Assembly: GCA_039024495.1 (NCBI GenBank)
Contig: JBCCQE010000006.1
Coordinates: 52,244-116,243, forward strand
From: Planctomycetota bacterium
Lineage (GTDB): Bacteria; Planctomycetota; Phycisphaerae; Phycisphaerales; Phycisphaeraceae
Reading direction: 5' to 3'
Length of the DNA stretch: 64,000 nt
Below the pieces are notes generated by a model. It had not been told where the DNA came from and did not search any database. It saw only the letters and a program-made list of their open reading frames with translations. A program made the translations under genes and the position numbers. Shown here piece by piece: positions 44,535 through 54,385 of this stretch (positions are counted from its first letter, which is position 1; the number at the start of each line of letters is the position of its first letter).

Positions 44535-47096
44535 ATGACCACGGAAGGCCAACCTCAAGCGCCACACACCCCCGACCACGACCCCTCCCCCCTCCTCGAA
44601 GGCCTCACCGACCCCCAGCGCGACGCCGTCACCCACGTCGACGGCCCCCTCCTCGTCCTCGCCGGCCCCGGCTCGGGCAAGACCCGCGTCATCACGCACC
44701 GCGTCGCCTTCCTCGTCCGCGAGTGCGGCGTCGCCCCGTGGAATGTCCTGGCCATCACCTTCACCAACAAGGCCGCCGCCGAGATGCGCGCCCGCCTCCA
44801 CGGCCTGCTCTCCCAACGCCAGGCCGACGCCCTCCAGGTCTCCACCTTCCACGCCCTGTGCGCCAAGCTCATCCGCATCTACGCCGACCGCCTCGGCCTC
44901 CCGCCCGGCTACTCCATCTACGACACCGCCGACCAGAAAGCCGCCGTCAAGCAGGCCCTCTCCGACCTCGAGATCAACACCAAAAACTTCCCCCCCGCCC
45001 AAGTCCTCTCGCGCATCTCCGACGCCAAGAACAAGCTCATCGGCCCGGACGAATACACCCAAGCCGCCGCCGACTTCTACGCCCGCACCATCGCCAAGGC
45101 CTACCGCAAGTACGCGCAGATCCTCCAGCGCAACGGCGCACTCGACTTCGACGACCTGCTCATGCGCATGGTCGAGCTCTGCAAGCAGCACCCGGATGTC
45201 CTCGCCGAACTCCAGCAGCGTTACCACTACGTCCTCGTCGATGAGTATCAGGACACCAACCACGCCCAGTTCATGATCGCCACCGCGATCGCCGCCCAGC
45301 ACAAAAACATCATGGCCACCGGCGACCCCGACCAGTCCATCTACGGCTGGCGCGGGGCTGACCTCAACAACATCCTCGATTTCGAGGCCCACTACCCGGA
45401 TGCCAACCTCGTCCGCCTCGAGCAGAACTACCGCTCCACCAAGGCGATCCTCGCCGCCGCCGACGCGCTCATCCAGCACAACACCAAGCGCAAGCACAAA
45501 GCCCTTTGGACCGACAACCACCCCGGCGAACCGATCGACGTCGCCGCCCTCCCCGACGAGCACGCCGAGGCCCAGCACGTCGTCGACACCTTCCGCAACC
45601 GCCACGAAAACGACGGCGTCCCCTGGGCCGGCATGGCCGTCTTCTACCGCATCAACTCGCTCTCCCGCGTCGTCGAAGACGCCTTCCGCAACGCCGGCAT
45701 CCCATACCAGATCGCCCGCGGCACCGCGTTCTACGACCGCAAAGAGATCAAAGACGCCGTCGCCTACCTCCGCGCCGTCGCCAACCCCGCCGACGAGGTC
45801 ACGCTCTTCCGCATCATCAACAACCCCGCTCGCGGCATCAGCAAAAAAACCACCGACGCCCTCCAAGCCCACGCCCTCGGCCACAACACCCCGCTCGACC
45901 AACTTCTCGCCGACCCCACGCAAGTCACCTCGCTCAACCCCCGCGCCCAAACCGCCGTCGCCAAGTTCAACACCACCCTCACCGCCTGGCGTCACGCCGC
46001 GGGCCTGCTCGACGCGCCCACCCAAGGCCCGCAAGAGGTCTCGCTACGAGCCTTCGTCGAACGCGTCCTCCGCGAGTCCGGCCTCGAAGCCCACTACCGA
46101 AACGACAAGGCCGACCCCGATCAGGAACGCCTCGCCAACCTCATGGAGCTCGTCTCCGCCGCCCAGCAATTCGAAGACGAGCTCACCCTCGACATCGCCA
46201 TCGACGAGATCGAAGCCCAAGCCATCGCCGACATCGACGAAGACCTCCCCCCCCAAGCCGAGGCAGAGCAAAGCGCCGCCTCGGGTACGGACGTTGACGA
46301 TGAAACCCCCGACCTCCCAGCCGCCATCCCCCTTCGCGACAAACTCCTCGCCTTCCTCGAACGCATCGCCCTCGTCTCCGATGTCGACGCTGTCGAGTCC
46401 GACGCCGGCGCCGTCACGTTGATGACCCTCCACGCCGCCAAGGGCCTCGAGTTCGACACCGTCGCGCTCATCGGCTTCGAGGACGGCCTGCTCCCTCACG
46501 ACCGCGCCAACACCGACCCCGCCGAGCTCGAAGAAGAACGACGCCTCGCCTTCGTCGGCATCACCCGCGCCATGCGGCGCCTGCTCATCACCCACGGCCA
46601 GATCCGCACCGTCTTCGGCACCGCCACGGCCACCATCCCCTCACGCTTCCTCAAAGAGCTGCCCGACGACCCCGACACCGTCCGCACCCAATCCGTCGCC
46701 GACGACGATCCGTTTGGCGATCCGCACGACGACCTCGGCGACCGATCCTTCGGCCGCACCATGGGCGCACGCAAGCTCGCCGCCATGCGCGGCGGCCGCT
46801 CCACCTACGGCAAGGCCCAACGCTCCGCCGCCGCCGGCCAAGCCGCCCAATACCCGCCCGGCACCCTCGTCCGCCACCCCCAGTTCGGCCTTGGCCGCGT
46901 CGAATCCATCGCCCCCATGGGCACGCAGACCCGATGCGTCGTCGCCTTCAACACCGCCGGCCGCAAGACCCTCATCCTCCAATACGCCCGCCTCGAAATC
47001 GTCACCGACCCCGCCCAGCCCGCCGCCACCCCCGCAACCGACCCCGCCATCAACGGCGGCCCCGTCTTCGAACCCGACGAAGACCCGCCGTTCTAA
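44535..47096 (+). CDS. uvrD: ATP-dependent DNA helicase UvrD/PcrA
   Basis: LLVLAGPGSGKTRVITHR, VLVDEYQDTN, LEQNYRST, TLHAAKGLEF and AFVGITRA. The C-terminal Tudor-like tail reads VRHPQFGLGRV. Confidence 0.95.
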   Translation: MTTEGQPQAPHTPDHDPSPLLEGLTDPQRDAVTHVDGPLLVLAGPGSGKTRVITHRVAFLVRECGVAPWNVLAITFTNKAAAEMRARLHGLLSQRQADALQVSTFHALCAKLIRIYADRLGLPPGYSIYDTADQKAAVKQALSDLEINTKNFPPAQVLSRISDAKNKLIGPDEYTQAAADFYARTIAKAYRKYAQILQRNGALDFDDLLMRMVELCKQHPDVLAELQQRYHYVLVDEYQDTNHAQFMIATAIAAQHKNIMATGDPDQSIYGWRGADLNNILDFEAHYPDANLVRLEQNYRSTKAILAAADALIQHNTKRKHKALWTDNHPGEPIDVAALPDEHAEAQHVVDTFRNRHENDGVPWAGMAVFYRINSLSRVVEDAFRNAGIPYQIARGTAFYDRKEIKDAVAYLRAVANPADEVTLFRIINNPARGISKKTTDALQAHALGHNTPLDQLLADPTQVTSLNPRAQTAVAKFNTTLTAWRHAAGLLDAPTQGPQEVSLRAFVERVLRESGLEAHYRNDKADPDQERLANLMELVSAAQQFEDELTLDIAIDEIEAQAIADIDEDLPPQAEAEQSAASGTDVDDETPDLPAAIPLRDKLLAFLERIALVSDVDAVESDAGAVTLMTLHAAKGLEFDTVALIGFEDGLLPHDRANTDPAELEEERRLAFVGITRAMRRLLITHGQIRTVFGTATATIPSRFLKELPDDPDTVRTQSVADDDPFGDPHDDLGDRSFGRTMGARKLAAMRGGRSTYGKAQRSAAAGQAAQYPPGTLVRHPQFGLGRVESIAPMGTQTRCVVAFNTAGRKTLILQYARLEIVTDPAQPAATPATDPAINGGPVFEPDEDPPF

Positions 47097-47128
47097 AAAC
47101 TCGTTCGCGATCATTAACGCCGCAGCGC

Positions 47129-48373
47129 TCAGGCGTAGCTCGCGTCGGCCTTGCCCTCGAGCCGGCCGCCGCGTTCGCTCGCCAGCCGCTCGATCGCCCC
47201 GCTGTGCCGCAGCTCGACCAGCGGGTCGGCCGGCAGTCCCTTGGCCTTGCGCCAGTCGCCGAGCATCCCCGCGACGTCCGCCTCGAACGCCGCGCGAAGC
47301 GTCGTCTCGGCGGCGGTGATGTCGCCATTGACCTGCGCGTCGGCCAACGCCGCACGATCGACCAGGTGCGCCCGCAAAAACTGCTTCTGCGCCTCGCACA
47401 CCGTCTGCACCATCGCCTCGAGCTTGGGCTTGAGGTTGTGCGACTGATCGACCATGTACGCGACCCCTGGAAGGTTGCGGCCATCGGACTCGTATGCATC
47501 GCCGGTCGCGCCGGGGCTCAAGCCGCGGTCGTGCTCGAACTGTGCGATCTGATCGAAGATGCGAAACACCGCATACGGGTCGATCGACCCGAGCGTGAGA
47601 TCGTCGTCGGCGTACTTGCGATCGTTGAAGTGAAACCCGCCGAGCAACCCCTCGTCGAGGAGGAACGCGACGACATGCTCGATGTTGCAGCCCGGCAGGT
47701 GGTGGCCGGTGTCGACGAGCACCTTGGCGTTGGGCCCGGCGTGACGGCAGAACGCAGCGGCCATGCCCCAGTCCGCGATGTCCGTGTGATAGAAGGCCGG
47801 CTCGAACGGCTTGTACTCGATCAGCAGCATCCCGTCCGGCCAATCGGCGGCCATCGCGTCGTGCATCTGCCTGAACGCACTCTGCAGCGCGCGCTTACGA
47901 CGCACGATCGAGTCTTGCCCGGGGTAGTTCGTCCCGTCAGCAAGCCACATCGACAACGACGGGCAACCCAAGGCCGCGCCGAGCTTCACGCAGTCCAGCG
48001 TGTGCCGCATCGCCTCGTCCCGCGCAGCGGCATCGGGCGAGCAGAACGAACCAAGCCTGTAGGCCTGCGACTGGAAGACGTTGGGGTTGATCGACCCGAT
48101 GGCAACGCCGTGCGCCTCGGCGGCCGCCTGCGTCTTGCTCAAGGCGGCCGGGTCGGTCGGGTCGTCGAAGTCCCACAAGACGTGCACCGCGACGGTCGGG
48201 CACGCGCCGGTGAGGCGGTGCACCAGCCCGGCGTCGTGCAGCTTCTCATCGATGGTCGATGCCGCGGCCGGCTGGGCGAACTTGCCGAAGCGCGTGCCGG
48301 TGTCGGCAAAGCCCCACGACGGAAGCTCGATCTTGAAGGTGTCCAGGGCAGTCAGGGCGGCGTCAGTGTTCAT
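47129..48373 (-). CDS. rhaI: L-rhamnose isomerase, TIM-barrel RhaI type
   Basis: N-terminal IELPSWGFADTGTRFGKF and an internal VDTGHH. Context is DeoR regulator, rhaEW and rhaB. Confidence 0.8.
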   Translation of the reverse strand: MNTDAALTALDTFKIELPSWGFADTGTRFGKFAQPAAASTIDEKLHDAGLVHRLTGACPTVAVHVLWDFDDPTDPAALSKTQAAAEAHGVAIGSINPNVFQSQAYRLGSFCSPDAAARDEAMRHTLDCVKLGAALGCPSLSMWLADGTNYPGQDSIVRRKRALQSAFRQMHDAMAADWPDGMLLIEYKPFEPAFYHTDIADWGMAAAFCRHAGPNAKVLVDTGHHLPGCNIEHVVAFLLDEGLLGGFHFNDRKYADDDLTLGSIDPYAVFRIFDQIAQFEHDRGLSPGATGDAYESDGRNLPGVAYMVDQSHNLKPKLEAMVQTVCEAQKQFLRAHLVDRAALADAQVNGDITAAETTLRAAFEADVAGMLGDWRKAKGLPADPLVELRHSGAIERLASERGGRLEGKADASYA

Positions 48374-49188
48374 GCGGCGGTCTCAGCGTCGAGCGGAGAT
48401 GAAGAAAGGGAAGCCCCGGGACCGACGGAGACAAGCGTGAGGTCCAGCCCCCTCTCGCGGATCGCATCGCACGTCGCCTCAGCCAAGGCCGCATCGACGA
48501 TCACGGCGTGCACGTCCGCGAGCGTGCCGAAGTAAACCGTCGACGCCGTCGCAAACTTGCTCGCGTCGGCCATCAGCGTGGCACGGTCGGCGGCTTCGAG
48601 CATCGCCGCCTTGAGCGCCGCGTGCCGGTCCGTCGCCTCGGTCATCCCGCGGCGAAGATCGATCCCCCTGCACGAGAAATAGCAACGGTCCACGTGCAAC
48701 CTGCCCAGCGTCGCCTCGGCCAGCGGCCCCGTGAACGCCACCGCGTCGTCGTCCAGCACCCCGCCGATGCACACCACCCTGAGCCGCGGCCGACCCGCAA
48801 GCTCCATGCAGATCAGCGGGCTCGGCGTCACCACCGTCAGCTCGACATCGGGCAGCGCCCGCGCAAGCTCCAGCGCCGTCGAGCTCGCGTCCAGCGCGAT
48901 CGTCTGCCCCGCCTCCACCGTGGCCGCCGCCGCCGCCGCGATCGCCCGCTTCTCCAACACGGCCTGGCCCCGCCGGTGGTGCAGCGGCAGGTCGCGCGCC
49001 GCCTCGCCATCGACCGGCACCGCCCCGCCGTGCGTCCGCACCAGCCGACCGTCCGAGTCCAGCCGACGCAGGTCCCGGCGGATCGTTTCCTCGGTCACGT
49101 CCAGCCGCTCAGCAAGGTCCGCCACCCGCGCCCCGCCCGCAGCAACCACGTGATCCAGAATCCGGCGATGACGCTCAACAGCCAACAT
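48370..49188 (-). CDS. DeoR-family transcriptional regulator (rhamnose locus)
   Basis: The HTH reads ERHRRILDHVVAAGGARVADLAERLDVTEETIRRDLRRL, followed by a DeoR C-terminal sugar-binding domain. The stop overlaps the rhaI start (ATGA). Start chosen at MLAVERH. Confidence 0.9.
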   Translation of the reverse strand: MLAVERHRRILDHVVAAGGARVADLAERLDVTEETIRRDLRRLDSDGRLVRTHGGAVPVDGEAARDLPLHHRRGQAVLEKRAIAAAAAATVEAGQTIALDASSTALELARALPDVELTVVTPSPLICMELAGRPRLRVVCIGGVLDDDAVAFTGPLAEATLGRLHVDRCYFSCRGIDLRRGMTEATDRHAALKAAMLEAADRATLMADASKFATASTVYFGTLADVHAVIVDAALAEATCDAIRERGLDLTLVSVGPGASLSSSPLDAETAA

Positions 49189-49243
49189 ACGCTCAAGATT
49201 AGCAGGCAAAACCAACATTTCCAACTAAATCCATCACACACGG

Positions 49244-49286
49244 GTTGATTACAAACTGTTTCGGTCAATAATGGGCCCAAATCAAC
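49244..49286. promoter_or_regulatory. candidate operator/promoter region of divergent deoR-rhaI and rhaEW-rhaB units
   Basis: A low-GC divergent spacer. Inverted GTTGATT (49244-49250) and AATCAAC (49280-49286) flank a perfect palindrome AAACTGTTT (49253-49261). GGAG lies 5 nt before the rhaEW ATG. Confidence 0.35.
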
Positions 49287-49299
49287 AACCGGAGCCGCC

Positions 49300-51510
49300 A
49301 TGCCCACCACGCTCGACACCCCCTTCGCCCCCGCCGACTACCGCCACGTCACCTACGCCTGGGACGTCGCCACCGCCGCCGCGATGGACCCCCTCGACCG
49401 GCTGGTCTACCGCTCCAACCTGCTCGGCTCCGACCAGCGCATCACCAACACCGGCGGCGGCAACACCTCCTCCAAGGCCACCCAGCCCGACCCCGTCACC
49501 GGCCAGGACGCCGACGTACTCTTCGTCAAAGGCTCCGGCGGCGACCTCCGCACCTCCAAGCGGGCCAACTTCGCCTCGCTCTACCTCGACGGCCTGCACC
49601 GCCTGCGCGACCAATACCTCGCCGAGCCCGACCGGGGCCTTAAGTCCGCCGCCGAAGACAACATGGTCGCCAAGGCCAAGCACGTCACCTTCAATCTCAA
49701 CCCCCGCGCCTCGTCCATCGACACGCCGCTGCACGCCTACCTCCCCGGCCGACACGTCGACCACATGCACCCCAACGCGATCATCGCCATCGCCGCCAGC
49801 CGCAACGCCCAAGCCATCGCCGCCAAGCTCTTCGGCGACCGCATGGGCTACGTCCCTTGGATGCGCCCCGGCGTCGAGCTCGGCTACGCCATGCAGCAGG
49901 CCCAAGAGGCCAACCCCCAGATCGATTCGATCCTCATGGGCGGGCACGGCCTCATCAACTGGGCCGACGACGACAAGGCCTGCTACGAGCTCACGCTCTC
50001 GCTCATCGAAACCGCCGCCCGCTACATCGAAGACCACGACCAAGCCGACCAGACCTTCGGCGGCCAGAAGTACGCTCAGCTCTCGCTCGACGCCTCGCGC
50101 GAGCTGGCCATCGATCTCATGCCCTGGCTGCGCGGCCGTGTCAGCCAGCAGAACCGCTTCATCGGCACGTGGGAAGCCCGCCCCGAGGTGATGCGCTTCG
50201 TGCATTCCGTCGACGCCGCCCGCCTCGCCGAGCTCGGCACGAGCTGCCCCGATCACTTCTTGCGCACCAAGATCAAGCCACTCTACGTCGACTGGGACCC
50301 CGCCACCGGCGACATCGACGCGCTCAAGGCCAAGATCGACGCCGGCCTCGAGCAATACCGCGTCGACTACGCCGACTACTACAACGCCTGCAAGCACCCC
50401 GACTCGCCGGCCATGCGCGACCCCAACCCCACCGTCGTGCTCATCCCCGGCATCGGCATGCTCGCCTGGGGCAAGTCCAAGAGCGAGTCGCGCGTCACCG
50501 CGGAGTTCTACTGCTGCGCCGTCGAGGTCATGCGCGGCGCCGAAGCGATCGACGAATACGTCGCCCTGCCCCGCCAGGAGGCGTTCGACATCGAGTACTG
50601 GGCGCTCGAAGAAGCCAAGCTCCAACGCATGCCGCCCGAGAAAGAGCTGGCCCGCCGCGTCGTCGCCGTGATCGGCGGCGGGTCGGGCATCGGCAAGGCC
50701 ACCTGCGACCGCCTCGCGCCCGACGACGCCTCGATCGTCGCGATCGACCTCAACGAGGCCGCCGCCCAGGCCACCGCCGACGACCTCACCGCCAACCTCG
50801 GCCAGGGCATCGGCGTCGCCGGGACCGAGCTCTCCGGCTGCGGGCCCGCCATCGCCGCCTCGGCCAACGCCACCGACCGCGCCTCTCTCCGCGCCGCCTA
50901 CCGCCAGGCCGTCCTCGCCTACGGCGGCATCGACCACCTCGTCATCACCGCCGGCGTCTTCGTCCCGCCCGACAAGACCGGCCACATCCCCGACGACAAG
51001 TGGGCGCTGACCTTCGGCGTCAACGTCGCCGGCGTGTACTTCGCGGCCGACGAGCTCAAAGCCATCTTCAACGCCCAAGGCCTCGACGGCTCGGTCGTCA
51101 TCACCACCTCGGTCAACGCCGTGGTCTCCAAGAAGGGCTCGGTCGCCTACGACACCTCCAAGGCCGCCGCCAACCACCTCGTGCGCGAGCTGGCGATCGA
51201 GCTCTCGCCCAACGTCCGCGTCAACGGCGTCGCCCCCGCCACCGTCGTCAAGGGCTCGACCATGTTCCCGCGCGACCGCGTGATCGCCTCGCTCACCAAG
51301 TACGACATCGCCTTCGACGAAGCGGCCGACGACGACACCCTCCGCAATCAGCTCGCCGAGTTCTACGCCCAGCGCACGCTCACCAAGCAGCCGATCACGC
51401 CCGAGGACCAGGCCGAGGCCATCGCCTTTTTGCTCGGCTCCAAGGCGTCCAAAACCACCGGCCAAGTCCTCCACGTCGACGGCGGCCTCGCCGATGCTCA
51501 GCTTCGCTGA
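49300..51510 (+). CDS. rhaEW: bifunctional rhamnulose-1-phosphate aldolase / short-chain dehydrogenase
   Basis: The N-terminal class II aldolase-like half shows NTGGGNTSSK and HVDHMHP. The C-terminal SDR half shows VIGGGSGIGKA and YDTSKAA. The protein is 736 aa. Confidence 0.85.
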   Translation: MPTTLDTPFAPADYRHVTYAWDVATAAAMDPLDRLVYRSNLLGSDQRITNTGGGNTSSKATQPDPVTGQDADVLFVKGSGGDLRTSKRANFASLYLDGLHRLRDQYLAEPDRGLKSAAEDNMVAKAKHVTFNLNPRASSIDTPLHAYLPGRHVDHMHPNAIIAIAASRNAQAIAAKLFGDRMGYVPWMRPGVELGYAMQQAQEANPQIDSILMGGHGLINWADDDKACYELTLSLIETAARYIEDHDQADQTFGGQKYAQLSLDASRELAIDLMPWLRGRVSQQNRFIGTWEARPEVMRFVHSVDAARLAELGTSCPDHFLRTKIKPLYVDWDPATGDIDALKAKIDAGLEQYRVDYADYYNACKHPDSPAMRDPNPTVVLIPGIGMLAWGKSKSESRVTAEFYCCAVEVMRGAEAIDEYVALPRQEAFDIEYWALEEAKLQRMPPEKELARRVVAVIGGGSGIGKATCDRLAPDDASIVAIDLNEAAAQATADDLTANLGQGIGVAGTELSGCGPAIAASANATDRASLRAAYRQAVLAYGGIDHLVITAGVFVPPDKTGHIPDDKWALTFGVNVAGVYFAADELKAIFNAQGLDGSVVITTSVNAVVSKKGSVAYDTSKAAANHLVRELAIELSPNVRVNGVAPATVVKGSTMFPRDRVIASLTKYDIAFDEAADDDTLRNQLAEFYAQRTLTKQPITPEDQAEAIAFLLGSKASKTTGQVLHVDGGLADAQLR

Positions 51511-51647
51511 ATAAAACAGGAAGGCAGGAAATTCAGAAAAGCAGAAAAACGGAATCGGCCGGACCGATGTCAGACGCAACGCCTCGCCCGGCGTGATGCC
51601 CACCCATTTCCCGCTTTCTTGATTTCCTGCTTTTCTGATTTCTTAAT
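51511..51647 (+). repeat. octamer-periodic inverted-repeat element C (rhaEW-rhaB spacer)
   Basis: It starts at the base after the rhaEW stop. Left-arm units are CAGGAAGG CAGGAAAT TCAGAAAAG CAGAAAAA CGGAAT. Right-arm units are CATTTCCC GCTTTCTT GATTTCCT GCTTTTCT GATTTCTT. Several arm mismatches are G(left)/T(right). Confidence 0.85.
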
Positions 51648-51668
51648 CTCCACCCGAACCAACCCACC

Positions 51669-53105
51669 ATGCCCACCCCCGCCCACCTCGCGATCGACAT
51701 GGGAGCCGAGTCCGGCCGCGTCATCGTCGGCACCCTGGCCAACGGCCGCGTCGCCATCGACGAGGCCCACCGCTTCAACCACCTCGCCGTCGATCTGCCC
51801 ACCGGCCTGCACTGGGACACCACCGGCATCCTCCGCGAGATCACCGCCGGCCTCGCCGTCGCCGCCCGCCGGTGCGCCGAACGCGGCCTCACCCCCACCA
51901 CCGTCGGCGCCGACACCTGGGGCGTCGACTTCGCCCTGCTCGACACATCGCACGAGCTGCTCGGCCTGCCGCACTGCTACCGCGACCCCCGCACCGCCCC
52001 GCACTACGACGCCGCGCTCGCCAAGCTCGGCAAGCCCCGCATCTACGGCCGCACGGGCATCCAGTTCATGCCCATCAACACGCTCTACCACCTCATGGCC
52101 GCCCACGCCGACACGCCGGGCCTCGTCCAGCAAGCCCACCGCCTGCTGTTCATGCCCGACCTCATCCACTTCTTCCTCTCCGGCAAGCTCGCCAACGAAC
52201 GCACCATCGCTTCGACCTCGCAGATGCTCGACACCGACGGCCGATGGGCGACCGACCTGCTCGCCCAGCTCGACCTGCCGACGCACATGCTCCACGCCCC
52301 CGTCGAGCCCGGCACCAGGCTCGGCGCCCTCCGCCCATCCCTCGCCGAAGCGACCGGCCTGCCCTCCGACTTCGTGGTCGTCCTCCCCGGTTCGCACGAC
52401 ACCGCCTCGGCCGTCGCCGCCGTACCCGCCGACCCCGCCGACCACAACTGGTGCTACCTCTCATCTGGAACGTGGTCGCTGCTCGGCGTCGAGCGTGACA
52501 CCCCCGACACGTCCGACGCCGCGCTCGCCGCCGGGTTCACCAACGAAGCCGGCGTCGGCGGCAAAATCCGCTTCCTCAAAAACATCTCCGGGCTCTACAT
52601 CGTCCAGGAAATCCGCCGCGACCTCGCCCGCCAAGGCAACGAGCACGACTACCCCACGCTCACCAGGCTCGCCGAAGAGGCCGCCGGCTTCGAGACCACG
52701 CTCGACGCCAACGACCCGCGCTTCGCCACGCCCGGCGACATGCCCGCCAAGCTCCGCGCCGCCGCGGAAGAAACCGGCCAGCCCGCCCCACAAACCCCCG
52801 GCGAGCTCGTCCGCTGCGCCCTGCGCTCGCTGGCGAAGTGCTACGCCGACACGATCGACCAGCTCCGCGACCTCGGCAACACCATCGACCGCATCCACCT
52901 CGTCGGCGGCGGCGGCCAGAACCAACTGCTCAACCAACTCACCGCCGACGCCACCGGCCTGCCCGTCATCGTCGGCCCGACCGAAGCCACCGCCATCGGC
53001 AACCTGCTCACCCAAGCCCTCGGCGGCACGGCCGACTCGCTCAAGAAAATACGCGAGGTCGTGCGCGCTTCGACCGAGCTGTCCACCGTCACTCCGGCGC
53101 GCTGA
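51669..53105 (+). CDS. rhaB: rhamnulokinase (FGGY family)
   Basis: LAIDMGAESGRV, HRFNH...LHWD, and the C-terminal motifs IHLVGGGGQN and TAIGN. Confidence 0.85.
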   Translation: MPTPAHLAIDMGAESGRVIVGTLANGRVAIDEAHRFNHLAVDLPTGLHWDTTGILREITAGLAVAARRCAERGLTPTTVGADTWGVDFALLDTSHELLGLPHCYRDPRTAPHYDAALAKLGKPRIYGRTGIQFMPINTLYHLMAAHADTPGLVQQAHRLLFMPDLIHFFLSGKLANERTIASTSQMLDTDGRWATDLLAQLDLPTHMLHAPVEPGTRLGALRPSLAEATGLPSDFVVVLPGSHDTASAVAAVPADPADHNWCYLSSGTWSLLGVERDTPDTSDAALAAGFTNEAGVGGKIRFLKNISGLYIVQEIRRDLARQGNEHDYPTLTRLAEEAAGFETTLDANDPRFATPGDMPAKLRAAAEETGQPAPQTPGELVRCALRSLAKCYADTIDQLRDLGNTIDRIHLVGGGGQNQLLNQLTADATGLPVIVGPTEATAIGNLLTQALGGTADSLKKIREVVRASTELSTVTPAR

Positions 53106-54234
53106 GCATGGCGTTGCTCAGCGTTCGCCACGTCGGATACGTTGCGCCGGGGCGCTCGGCCAGCTCCGCCACGATCGGCAGCAGCTCCGCGTCGAAAGCG
53201 CACGCCGCCTCGAGCACGCCGAGCGCTCGCGACGGCTCGTACAACCGACCCGGCCGATACGCCTCGAGCCCCGCCTCGGCCCGGCGTCGGTCGAGGCCAA
53301 TGGTGGTGTTCACCCACTCCTTGTGCGTCTTCTCGCCCGTCGCGTAAGGCACCATGTATTCCACCGATCGACGCAGCGACCCGCCCTGCGGCGACTCCCA
53401 GTCGTACAGATCGGCGCCGGCCTCGCCCAGAAGGGCCGCGAGTTCCAACGGAGGCTTCAGTGCGCTGCCGTGGTAGGTCAGCGAGTCACGCTCTTCGAGG
53501 TCCAGGCTCGTCCCGTCGGCCCGCAGGCTGTGCGTCACGAAACGCTCGACCCCGGCGACGGCCTCGCGCGTCCACGCCGGCTCGTCGAGGATCCGCCCGC
53601 ACATCGCCACCATGCGTACGCTCTTGTTGTACCGGTTGGTGAAGTGATCGCTGGACTGCACCCGCACGAGGTGAATCTCGCCCATCGCCCGCACCCACGC
53701 GTCGATCCGCGCTCGATCGTCCTCCGCAAAGCCGTCGCGCAGCGCGTCGTAGGCCACGAGAAGCGGGAAGAACTTGTTCTCGTTCACGTCGTTGCCGTTG
53801 ATCTCGTACGTATTGGCCCACGCGACCACCGCGGCCTTGAGCGCGGCGACGCAACGCGGGTCGCCCGACGCCTGCCAGTGACGCATCAGCCACGCCACGT
53901 CGCCCATCTGCTTGAGGCTCTTCACCGTGTCGATCCGGCGGGGGTCGGTGTTAACCAGGCCCTCGTAGTGGATCACGCGAAGCGGTGTCGGCTCCATCGG
54001 CAGGATCGCCTCGGCCTGCGCGGCGGCCTCGGCGGCGAGCGCGCCGGCCGACGCATCCCGCTCGACCTCGCGACGCAGCGCGGCAACCGCGTCCGCATCC
54101 AGCGGCGAAACCTCCGGGATGTCGAACTCGCCAACCATCGATTTACCCAGTGCAGGCCAAGACAGCCCCGCCAACAACAACACGCATAGAAGCGAGAGCT
54201 TCGACCAATGTAAACCGCGTTCGCAAGACTTCAT
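53089..54234 (-). CDS. secreted polysaccharide lyase, alginate-lyase-domain-like
   Basis: Start MKSCERGLHWSKLSLLCVLLLAGLSWPALG is a signal peptide. GDPRCVAALKAAVVAWANTY...NENKFFPLLVAYDAL resembles the alpha/alpha-toroid alginate-lyase family pattern. Its 3' end overlaps the rhaB 3' end by 17 nt. Confidence 0.6.
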   Translation of the reverse strand: MKSCERGLHWSKLSLLCVLLLAGLSWPALGKSMVGEFDIPEVSPLDADAVAALRREVERDASAGALAAEAAAQAEAILPMEPTPLRVIHYEGLVNTDPRRIDTVKSLKQMGDVAWLMRHWQASGDPRCVAALKAAVVAWANTYEINGNDVNENKFFPLLVAYDALRDGFAEDDRARIDAWVRAMGEIHLVRVQSSDHFTNRYNKSVRMVAMCGRILDEPAWTREAVAGVERFVTHSLRADGTSLDLEERDSLTYHGSALKPPLELAALLGEAGADLYDWESPQGGSLRRSVEYMVPYATGEKTHKEWVNTTIGLDRRRAEAGLEAYRPGRLYEPSRALGVLEAACAFDAELLPIVAELAERPGATYPTWRTLSNAMLSAPE

Positions 54235-54385
54235 CACCGCATAACCTCCGCAAGGATTGACTGTGGCGATGATACCGCCCAGCGGGGTCGCCGAGACAAA
54301 CTTCGAGCGCTCACGAGGCGATCCGCTTGATGCGAGCCATGCAATCCGTGGCAACGGCCGATTTCGACGCGAAGTCCGGCGGAAG

